Shown piece by piece: positions 27,480 to 34,930 of a DNA stretch of 64,000 nt. Under the pieces are notes generated by a model. It ran no database searches. It was not told where the DNA came from and worked only from the letters and a program-made list of their open reading frames with translations. The stretch spans positions 11,872 through 75,871 of the forward strand of contig JAHFTW010000009.1 of assembly GCA_023269235.1 (NCBI GenBank), given 5' to 3'. Position 1 is the stretch's first letter; every line of letters starts with the position of its first letter. Origin of the DNA: Thermoplasmata archaeon. GTDB lineage: Archaea > Thermoplasmatota > E2 > JACPAO01 > JAHFTW01. Position numbers and translations under genes: made by a program.

Positions 27480-28112
27480 TTACAAGCGGTTCTGGACGGC
27501 TTGGTCCTGCTTCTTCCACAGGAGCTTGTCCTTGGCGCGAACACCGGACTTGCGGACCGAGGGGCGGGTGTGCTCCGAGCCCTTGCCGCTCCAGCGCAGG
27601 CCACGGTGCTTCTGACCGGCCGAGGTCTTGCCGCGCAGGACACGGTTGCGGGCGTTGGACTGGCAGAGCCAGTTCAGGTCCTTGTCCGCCTCGATGGAGG
27701 GGTGGTACGGGTCGACCATGATGACCTCGTAGTACAGGTTCTTGCCGTCCTCGCCCACGTAGTAGGAGTTGAGGACCTCAAGGTTGGGGAAGTGCTTCGA
27801 GGTGCGGACCTCGGCGATCGCCTGCGTGTTCTGGCGCATGGTGATCTTGTTGACACCCATCTTGGAGGGGACACGGCCCTGGACGAAGCGCTGCTTGCGC
27901 AGGCCACCGCGGCGCACGCGGGCGCGCACGACGATGATGCCTTGCTTGGCCTTGTAGCCGAGGGCGCGGGCCTTGTTCAGGCGGAGGGGCTTGTCGACCT
28001 TGACGAAGGACTCGCCGTCGCGCCATTGGACCAGGCGCTCCCACTGGGGGGAGCCGTGCGATTTCTCGATGCCTTTCCAGGCCTCGCCGATGTGGTGGTA
28101 CGCGTTTGTCAT
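27480..28112 (-). CDS. rpl15e: 50S ribosomal protein L15e
   Basis: Full-length match to the L15e pattern (YHHIGEAWK ... GYKAKQGIIVVRARVRRGG ... SYYVGEDG ... RGLRWSGKG). Confidence 0.95.
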   Translation of the reverse strand: MTNAYHHIGEAWKGIEKSHGSPQWERLVQWRDGESFVKVDKPLRLNKARALGYKAKQGIIVVRARVRRGGLRKQRFVQGRVPSKMGVNKITMRQNTQAIAEVRTSKHFPNLEVLNSYYVGEDGKNLYYEVIMVDPYHPSIEADKDLNWLCQSNARNRVLRGKTSAGQKHRGLRWSGKGSEHTRPSVRKSGVRAKDKLLWKKQDQAVQNRL

Positions 28113-28245
28113 GTTGCACCTGTTGGTGCGATGCGCAGTGAAGCGCGGTCGCGGTTCGCCGGTTCACCCAGCCGCCGAGGCGGGCCGCGCCAAAGGCGCG
28201 GAAGCGGGCACATTCCAGCACTCCAGTCGCCCGGAGCATTTTGGC

Positions 28246-28260
28246 CGACGAGGGGCCCAT
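28246..28260 (-). promoter_or_regulatory. strong TATA box (minus strand GCGATTATATATGGG) ~140 nt upstream of rpl15e
   Basis: It is the most AT-rich octamer I noticed in the window. No credible CDS lies between it and the ATG at 28112, which implies a ~110-120 nt leader or a separate small RNA. Confidence 0.4.
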
Positions 28261-28314
28261 ATATAATCGCGAAGGGCGGCCGAAAGAGGCGGCTGAACGG
28301 GTTGGACCGCGGGC

Positions 28315-28866
28315 TTAGCCTTCGTAGACGCCGGTGGTGCCGAAGTCGTTGCCCTCGAGCGTCTTTCCGGTCCAGGGGTTGCGCAGGCGGCCGGGCTGGA
28401 CGACCTGGATGGGCGTCTCGGCCTTGGGGATCCAGCGCTCTCCGTTGACGAGGAGGCCCATGATGTCGTCGTGCTCGAGCACGTAGTCGCCGTGGAAGAC
28501 GGTCGTGCGGCGCGGCACCGGGATGATGGCGTCGCAGCATTGGCAGGGCCAGCGGGCGTAGCGGTCGTTGACGATGTGGGCGTTGCGGGCGAGCTCGGCC
28601 TCGATCTCGGCGCCGAAGAACTCCATGAAGTCCTCTTCGCCGAAGCCGACCTTCTTGGCGACGGTGGGGCGGAACTCGACGTGCTCGTCGCGCAGTTTCT
28701 TGAGGAGCTGGGCGGCCATGGACCCGGTCGGGTCGAGGGTGTCCTTGACGACGAGGGGGGCGGGGGCGGGCTTGCGGCCCTTGCCGGAGGCCTTCGTGGC
28801 GGGGGCGGTGTCCGTCTTGGCCTGGAAGCGGGCGGAGCGCTTGGAGCGGGAGGTCTTGCTGCTCAC
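28315..28866 (-). CDS. hypothetical protein (183 aa) with a basic N-terminus and a Cys-containing C-terminal domain
   Basis: The GTG start overlaps the upstream stop (GTGA). RWPCQCCDAIIPVPRRTTVFHGDYVLEHDD...NPWTGKTLEGNDF. No family recognised. Confidence 0.5.
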   Translation of the reverse strand: MSSKTSRSKRSARFQAKTDTAPATKASGKGRKPAPAPLVVKDTLDPTGSMAAQLLKKLRDEHVEFRPTVAKKVGFGEEDFMEFFGAEIEAELARNAHIVNDRYARWPCQCCDAIIPVPRRTTVFHGDYVLEHDDIMGLLVNGERWIPKAETPIQVVQPGRLRNPWTGKTLEGNDFGTTGVYEG

Positions 28867-29261
28867 GTCAGCACCTCCAAGGAGCCGAGGTAGACCTTGA
28901 GGGCGAGCTTCATGCCGCGCACGTACTCGGGGTCGGCGCCGGGGACGGCGTGCTGGTACATCTGCACGAAGTTGGCGACCGCGCCGCGGACGTCCCACTC
29001 GTTGCCGAGCTCGCGGCGTTTGGCGCGCACGGCCATGAGGACGCGGCGGCAGCCGTCGGCGACCGGGCCCTCCTCGTGGAGGAAGCCCTTGATCTCTTCC
29101 TGCTGCTCGAAGGCAAGCTGGGCGGGGGTCTTCACCGCGACGCCGCGCGACGGGGCCGGGGCACCGGGAAGAGGCGGGCCCGCGGGGGGGCCGAGCTCGA
29201 CGCGGCTCTGGAAGAAGCGGTTCTCCTTGATCCGGCGGTTGGCCGCCAAGGGCTGGCTCAT
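28863..29261 (-). CDS. hypothetical protein (132 aa)
   Basis: Its ATG overlaps the GNAT stop (ATGA). Helical C-terminal half (VANFVQMYQHAVPGADPEYVRGMKLALKVYLGS). No family recognised. Confidence 0.45.
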   Translation of the reverse strand: MSQPLAANRRIKENRFFQSRVELGPPAGPPLPGAPAPSRGVAVKTPAQLAFEQQEEIKGFLHEEGPVADGCRRVLMAVRAKRRELGNEWDVRGAVANFVQMYQHAVPGADPEYVRGMKLALKVYLGSLEVLT

Positions 29262-29806
29262 GCGGTTCCCGGTGAGGTTGGCCCAGGATTAAGGTTTGGG
29301 GCCGTCCAACAGAAGGCGAGCCGGCCATTGGCGTCGGGTCCCATGGCGGCGAAGCCCAGGCGTTCCAACAGGCGGCGCGACGCCGCGTTCTCGGGGTGGC
29401 AGCGCGCCACCACCGTCGGCGTGTCGGGGGCGCACCAGGCCAGGACCGCGGCGGCGGCCTCGCTCGCCCAGCCGTGGCCCCATGCGGCGGGGGCAAGACC
29501 GTAGCCCAGTTCGGGCAGTCCCGAATCGTCGTGGGCGGGCTGGAAACGGACCGCGCCGACGGGGCGGCCGACGGCGTGCGGGATGATGGCCCAGTGCGGC
29601 CACCCCTGCGCATCGAGCTCGCGAAGCCGCAGGAGATGCTCCTCCGCGTCGGCGAGCTGGTAGTCCTGCCGGAGGCGGAGCGGGGCGTGGTCGAGGTAGC
29701 GGAAGAAGTCGGGCCGGCCTGCATAGCCGAAGACGGCGGGCGCCTCGTCCTCGCGAAACGGACGCAAGAGAAGGCGCGGGGTGGTGAGTCGGCCGGCGGG
29801 GCGCAT
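29258..29806 (-). CDS. GNAT-family N-acetyltransferase (RimJ/RimL-like)
   Basis: LTTPRLLLRPFREDEAPAVF ... GYGLAPAAWGHGWASEA ... ENAASRRLLERLGF. Confidence 0.8.
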   Translation of the reverse strand: MRPAGRLTTPRLLLRPFREDEAPAVFGYAGRPDFFRYLDHAPLRLRQDYQLADAEEHLLRLRELDAQGWPHWAIIPHAVGRPVGAVRFQPAHDDSGLPELGYGLAPAAWGHGWASEAAAAVLAWCAPDTPTVVARCHPENAASRRLLERLGFAAMGPDANGRLAFCWTAPNLNPGPTSPGTA

Positions 29807-29866
29807 GCTACGCCTTCGCCCTCGTCCGGGCCTGGCGGCCCGGAGTCCAGCCAAAACCTGAAGTCG

Positions 29867-31054
29867 TCATGTCTTGGCCACGATCTTGATGACGTCGCCG
29901 GCGGCGAGTTCGTGGTCCGCCCCGATGGTGCGGTGCGTGCGGCAGTCGATGGCGCGGATGAAGTGATCCGCGAGGTCGGTGTGGACGCGTCCTGCGAGCT
30001 GGCGCGCCGTCGTGCCCGCGGGGACGAGGTGGCAGTCGGGGAGCACGCGGCCGTCCTTGTCGGTGAGCTTCGTCTCGTCCTCGACCGGGAAGACGGGGAT
30101 GCGGCCGAGCAGCGTGAAGACCGCGGTCTCGAGCGCCTTGTGGACGCCGGTGGAGCCGAGAGGCGCGAGGACATGCTCGCGGATGTAGTCGAGTCCTTTC
30201 TGCTGCGCCGGGTTGAGCGCGGTCTTTGCGGTGAACGCATCCGAGCCGCCAGCGTACTCCAGAAGACCCGCCTGGGCGCCCTTCGCGAGGGCAAGCTCGG
30301 ACTGGGCGGAGGCCCGCACGCTGGGGGCCGTGATGGCCTTCTCCAGCCGCGCTAGCGCCTCGGGCGCGACTGTGTCGGCCTTGTTCCATACGACAGCGAG
30401 CGGTTTGGCGGCGCGGCGCAGCGCCTTGGCGAGGTCGGAGAGGTTGCCGGTCATCTCCATGAGCTTCTTGCCGGCGAGGTGCGTGTCGCGTAGCGCCTTG
30501 GAGGCGACGACCTCGGTGACGCCGATGCCGCCCAGCCGCTCGGCCAGGATGGCCTCCGCCTTGCGCGGCGACGCCTGCGCCTGCTTGGCGAGGCGGTCCC
30601 ACCCATCGCGCAGGATGCCTTCGATCCAGGCGTCCATCTCGGCCTCGAGGAAGCGCACGTCCTCGACGGGGTCGCGGGTGCCGGCGGCGACGGAGTTCCC
30701 CTCGGCGTCGGTGCCGCCGGAGGCGTCCACGATGTGCAGCAGCGCGTCGGCGGGGTTGAGGTCGCTGAGGAACTGGTTGCCGAGGCCACGGCCTTGGTGC
30801 GCGCCGGGGACGAGGCCGGCGACGTCCACCAGCTCGACGGGGACGTAGCGCGTCGCTCCGACGAGCTTGCCGTGCTTGGGGGCGCTCTGCACGCCGAGCG
30901 CGGCGCCCGGGTCCGCGACGCGCACGAAGCCGACGCCATGGTTCGGCTTGATGGTGGTGAACGGGTAGTTGCCGATGGCCGCGTCCGCCAACGTCGCCGC
31001 CACGAAGAACGTGGACTTGCCCACGTTCGGCTTGCCCACCAGTCCGATCTTCAC
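29867..31054 (-). CDS. OBG-family GTPase (YchF/Ygr210-like) with a C-terminal TGS domain
   Basis: G1 GKPNVGKST, G3 DVAGLVPGA, G4 NKAD, and a TGS-like end (AIDCRTHRTIGADHELAAGDVIKIV). Confidence 0.85.
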   Translation of the reverse strand: MKIGLVGKPNVGKSTFFVAATLADAAIGNYPFTTIKPNHGVGFVRVADPGAALGVQSAPKHGKLVGATRYVPVELVDVAGLVPGAHQGRGLGNQFLSDLNPADALLHIVDASGGTDAEGNSVAAGTRDPVEDVRFLEAEMDAWIEGILRDGWDRLAKQAQASPRKAEAILAERLGGIGVTEVVASKALRDTHLAGKKLMEMTGNLSDLAKALRRAAKPLAVVWNKADTVAPEALARLEKAITAPSVRASAQSELALAKGAQAGLLEYAGGSDAFTAKTALNPAQQKGLDYIREHVLAPLGSTGVHKALETAVFTLLGRIPVFPVEDETKLTDKDGRVLPDCHLVPAGTTARQLAGRVHTDLADHFIRAIDCRTHRTIGADHELAAGDVIKIVAKT

Positions 31055-31092
31055 GCGCGGCCCAGGCGGGGGGCGCGCTTAGAGCCTAGCGC

Positions 31093-31644
31093 CTACGCGA
31101 GGGCCGGGTCGGGGTCGGGGGCGCCCGCGAGCTGGCCCAGCGCCTCGGGCAGCCCCGGCTCGGGGAAGTAGCGGTTCGTCTGCAGGCCCTTGCGCTCGTG
31201 CACGAGACCTTCGTCCACGAGGGGCCCGATGCTGCTGCGGAACGTCTTGCGGCTCACGTCGAGCGCGTCGCAGATGTCCACCTGGCGCTGGCCGGGGTTC
31301 TCTTGGATGAAGCGCGCGATCTCGGGGCGGCGGCCCTGGTTCAGGAGCGCGAGGAGGCGGGCGTGGCGCGGCTCGGTGCCGGCGGGGAAGAAGCGGCGCT
31401 CGCGGCCGGTGTCCACGCTCTGCACGAGCTCGCCCTTGCCAAGAAGGCCGAGGTGGTACTGCACGGTGCCCCACGGCCCGCCGGCCTCGCGACAGAGGCG
31501 GCTCGCGTGGATGCCGGGCTGCTCGCGGATGATGGAGAGCAGGCGGGCGCGCATCGGCTGCTCGACGAGGTGGTCGAGGCCGCCGGGCAACGCGGGGAGC
31601 CCGGGCAGGCCCGGGTCGGACGGAAGCGACGGCAGCTCAGACAT
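31093..31644 (-). CDS. transcriptional regulator with two winged-helix (ArsR/MarR-like) domains
   Basis: RARLLSIIREQPGIHASRLCREAGGPWGTVQYHLGLLGKGELV, and a second domain, IARFIQENPGQRQVDICDALDVSRKTFRSSIGPLVDEGLV. Confidence 0.6.
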   Translation of the reverse strand: MSELPSLPSDPGLPGLPALPGGLDHLVEQPMRARLLSIIREQPGIHASRLCREAGGPWGTVQYHLGLLGKGELVQSVDTGRERRFFPAGTEPRHARLLALLNQGRRPEIARFIQENPGQRQVDICDALDVSRKTFRSSIGPLVDEGLVHERKGLQTNRYFPEPGLPEALGQLAGAPDPDPALA

Positions 31645-33115
31645 AGCTGGCCTCCAGGAAGGACGGGCGCGCTGGGCGCTGCGGCAGGACGTCGAAGGCG
31701 CGGGCGCGCACGTCGGCCTCGAGTTCCGGGGTGCGGCGGACGGCCTCGCGCAGCGCGGCGCGGCCCTCCTCGTCGCGGCCCTTGTCGAGCAGCGCGAGGC
31801 CCATCACGTAGTGCAGCGAGCCGTCCGTGGGCTCGGCTCGGCGCAGGTGGCGCTCCACCTCGCGCGCGGCCCGGCCTGGGCTGCCAGCACGGGTCAGCGC
31901 GATGGCCCGCCCGAGGCGAGCGTCCTCGTGGCCCGGGAGGCGGCGCAGGATGGCGGCGGCCACGCGGGCGGCGCGGCGGTTCTCGCCGGCGGCGATGGCC
32001 GCCTCCATGGCGTCCAGGCTCGCGCCGCGGCCGCGCAGGGCGAACCAGGCCAGTCCCGCCACAAAGGCCGCGAGGGCGAAGACGAGGCCGGCGGGACCCG
32101 CGGCGAGGACCGGGATGGCGACGAGGCCCGAGGGCGCCGGGGCCGGGGGGGTCTCGAGTTCGGCGGAGAACGTCGAGGCGTCGGCGGGGCGGAGGATAAG
32201 GTGAGCGCCGGCCGGGGCGACGAAGCGCTCGTGGTCGAGGCGGACCTGCCCGTTCGCGGTGGCGAGGACGCCCGTGGCCGAGGCGAAGGCGACGGGGCCG
32301 TCGTGCTGGGACGCCAGGTCGCCCGCGGCCCAGAGCAGGGCGCCCGAGGGTCCGTCGGTGGCGACGGTCACGACGGCGTCGGTCAGGTAGAGCCGGAGGA
32401 ACACCTCGTGGTCGCGGTGAACCGTGCCGGAGACCGGGGCGACCTCCTCCGCGAAGTGTCCGCTCTGGAGGACGAGCGAGCGAGCGGCGTCCACTTGGAG
32501 GTCAAGGCCCGACAGCTCAAGGACCATGTCCGGGGCGCGCAGGATGGCGCTTGCGCGGTTGGCGGCCGAGGCGTGCAAAATCTGCGAACCCGCGCGCTCG
32601 ATGGCGCAGAAGCGCGCGGCGTCCGGGCGGGCGTCGGGGCAGTCCGCCCCGGAGCCGTCGCCGGCGGAGAGGCCCGTCTGACTGAGCTTGAGGTCCTCCT
32701 TCGCGGCGGCGACGCCGCGCGACGCCTCCGCGTGCAGGCCCATGGGGCCGGAAGAGAAGGCGTTGAGGCGGTAGAGGCCGCGGAAGGCGACGAGGCGCAT
32801 CTGCCCCGCGCCGAAATCATAGGGCGTCCGGGTGGGCGCCTGATGGGGATCGGGATAGACGACGGGCTGCTGCGGGCCAGGCCCTGTGGCCACGTCGGAG
32901 ATGAAGGATGTCGAATTGTACTGCACGGCCTCGATGCGGCCGGCCTGGACCTCGACCCAGGGGGAGCCGGCGCCCTCCTCGTCGGCGCGAAGCTGCAGCA
33001 GGGAGAGGTGGCCGTCGAAGGTGGAGGAGGCGTCGTAGCTCAAGCTGTCCGCCTGGATGGCGGCCTGGGCCGCAGGGACCGCCAGGAGGAGGGCGAACAG
33101 CGCGGCGCGCATCAC
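31637..33115 (-). CDS. single-pass membrane protein with a large extracellular domain and a cytoplasmic TPR-like tail
   Basis: Signal peptide ending AAQAA, a TM segment (VAIPVLAAGPAGLVFALAAFVAGLAWFAL), then helical repeats. Overlaps both neighbouring genes (operon). Confidence 0.5.
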   Translation of the reverse strand: MMRAALFALLLAVPAAQAAIQADSLSYDASSTFDGHLSLLQLRADEEGAGSPWVEVQAGRIEAVQYNSTSFISDVATGPGPQQPVVYPDPHQAPTRTPYDFGAGQMRLVAFRGLYRLNAFSSGPMGLHAEASRGVAAAKEDLKLSQTGLSAGDGSGADCPDARPDAARFCAIERAGSQILHASAANRASAILRAPDMVLELSGLDLQVDAARSLVLQSGHFAEEVAPVSGTVHRDHEVFLRLYLTDAVVTVATDGPSGALLWAAGDLASQHDGPVAFASATGVLATANGQVRLDHERFVAPAGAHLILRPADASTFSAELETPPAPAPSGLVAIPVLAAGPAGLVFALAAFVAGLAWFALRGRGASLDAMEAAIAAGENRRAARVAAAILRRLPGHEDARLGRAIALTRAGSPGRAAREVERHLRRAEPTDGSLHYVMGLALLDKGRDEEGRAALREAVRRTPELEADVRARAFDVLPQRPARPSFLEASYV

Positions 33116-33360
33116 GGGCCCCCCCAGCCGATGATCTTGCGAATCTGGTGGCGCAGGCAGCCGTCCGGGTCCACGTCCACGCCGTACACGACCTCGCCAG
33201 GCTCGGCCGGCCGGATGACAATCCAGGGGCAGGATTGGACCCCTTCAAGGTCGGTCGTCACCTCCGCGGCGGACGGAAGGCCGTTGACGGCCGGGACTAG
33301 GAGAAGGACAAGCGGCAGGCCCAGCAGGAACAACGTGACGCGCACAAGGCACCCGGACAT
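33112..33360 (-). CDS. small secreted or membrane protein (82 aa)
   Basis: N-terminal hydrophobic signal (VTLFLLGLPLVLLLVPAVNG). ATGA overlap with the downstream gene. Confidence 0.4.
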   Translation of the reverse strand: MSGCLVRVTLFLLGLPLVLLLVPAVNGLPSAAEVTTDLEGVQSCPWIVIRPAEPGEVVYGVDVDPDGCLRHQIRKIIGWGGP

Positions 33361-33708
33361 CCAAGCAGGCGTCTAGGGCCGTCAAAAGGCTTTGTCCCGG
33401 TTCCCATCTATCGAACCCGAACAGGTTCAGGCCGCCACAGGGGTCCATCCTGAGAGGGATGGTTCGTCAAATTGGAACCACGGCGCCGGGGATTATGCCG
33501 CCCGGGCGCCATGGGGTTGCGCCGGCGGGGCACGTCGGCGCCTTGATTGGCGCCGGCCACGCGACAACCACCACCCACCTGACTCCACCCAACACCTCGG
33601 ATACCCTTCGAGGTGCGCCCCGCCGGTTTCTTCGGGGTGGAGTCGGCTTTCTTGGCCGAGCGTCCGCTAGGCGGTTCGTTGCGCCCTGCGTGGGGTCGAA
33701 TTGCGGGA

Positions 33709-34416
33709 CTACGCTGAGCCGCCCTTCTGGAGCACGCGGACCTGCTCGCCCTTCGTGGTGATGGGGATGGGCACCATGGACTCGACGAGCTCGACGGTGA
33801 TCTCCTCGCGGGTGTCGTCCACGCGGGTGACCTTCGCCTTCTCGCCGCGGAACGGACCCGAGACGAGCTCGACGATGTCGCCCTCGGCGATCTTGGCGAC
33901 CGCCGACGCCGGCGTGAGGAACCGGCTGATGTCGCTGAAGGGGATCTCGACGAACTCCTTCTTGACGACGGTCATGCCGTTCTTGCGGACGACCTTGCCG
34001 TCCTCGTCACGCACCTCGAGGTTGTGGTTCATGAGGCCGCGCGCGTAGGAGACGCCGCGGATGCCCTTCTCAACAGCGAGCGGGTCGGTGGTCTCGATGA
34101 AGACGAGGCCGCGCAGCTCAGTGGCCCACAGCAGGCCGAGGACGGGGAGCTTGAACCGCTTCGCCTTGCCGCCGAAGGCCTCGGCGACGCGGCGTTCCTG
34201 GCCGACCTGGGTCTTGAGCGCGAGGAGCATGGAGCCGGTGCGGACCACGGGCTCGGCGTCGAGGTCGGTCTTGCGGTCCTTGGCGCGCTTCTTCGGCGCC
34301 TTGGGCGCGGGCGCCTCCACGGCGGGGGCGGCGGACGGCTTGGCCTGCGCCTTCTTGGTGAGCTCGTTCTTGGTGGGAAGGATGCCGAGTCCGCCGTTGT
34401 CGTCCATGGGTGTCAC
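33709..34416 (-). CDS. spt5: transcription elongation factor Spt5 (NusG family) with an N-terminal Lys/Ala/Pro-rich extension and an insertion in the NGN domain
   Basis: NGN core (LALKTQVGQERRVAE ... GLVFIET) and KOW (EGDIVELVSGPFRGEKAKVTRVD). Located directly after secE, as in the conserved archaeal arrangement. Confidence 0.8.
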   Translation of the reverse strand: MTPMDDNGGLGILPTKNELTKKAQAKPSAAPAVEAPAPKAPKKRAKDRKTDLDAEPVVRTGSMLLALKTQVGQERRVAEAFGGKAKRFKLPVLGLLWATELRGLVFIETTDPLAVEKGIRGVSYARGLMNHNLEVRDEDGKVVRKNGMTVVKKEFVEIPFSDISRFLTPASAVAKIAEGDIVELVSGPFRGEKAKVTRVDDTREEITVELVESMVPIPITTKGEQVRVLQKGGSA

Positions 34417-34510
34417 CGCGTTCGTTGGGCGCTCCGCTGGAGGTTTGAAACCCTAGAAGAGCAAGCGCGCGACAGACCCCTCGTATTTCAGGGTTTGGCC
34501 GGGGCCGTTC

Positions 34511-34864
34511 CTAGGCGCCCGCGCCCATCGAGCGCAGGAGCCAGCTCATGAAGAGGTAGGTGAAGAAGCCCAGCGCGCCGATGACGCCGATGCCGACCAG
34601 CACGATGATGCTGGACTGGCGGAACTCCTCCGGCTCGGGCTTGCGCGCCATGCGCAGGACGCGGGCGATGCGGCCGCGGGTGACCGACTGGATGCGGCCC
34701 TCGACGTTGCGCTGGACGGCCCAGGCGCGCTGGACCAGGCTGGCGTCCGGGGCGGCCTTGACCTTGGGCGCGCGCGGCGCCGGCGTGGGCTCGTCCTCCA
34801 GCTCCATGTCCTCCTCGTCGTCCACGGGGGGCGCCGCGGGAGTGGGCTGGTTGGGGTCGGTCAT
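34511..34864 (-). CDS. secE: protein translocase subunit SecE/Sec61-gamma with an acidic/Pro-rich N-terminal extension
   Basis: C-terminal amphipathic segment plus one TM helix (RMARKPEPEEFRQSSIIVLVGIGVIGALGFFTYLF), and position upstream of spt5. Confidence 0.7.
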   Translation of the reverse strand: MTDPNQPTPAAPPVDDEEDMELEDEPTPAPRAPKVKAAPDASLVQRAWAVQRNVEGRIQSVTRGRIARVLRMARKPEPEEFRQSSIIVLVGIGVIGALGFFTYLFMSWLLRSMGAGA

Positions 34865-34930
34865 GCTGGAACGCGCGACTTGGGGGAACCGTTTAACGGT
34901 TGCCGTGCGGCTTTCCCCTGGGACGCGTCC

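Noticed and set aside
27778-28260. 160-aa minus-strand ORF starting at the rpl15e TATA box, considered as an upstream ORF
   Set aside because: It runs out of frame across rpl15e, its start codon overlaps the TATA box itself, and the translation is Arg/Pro/Ala-rich.
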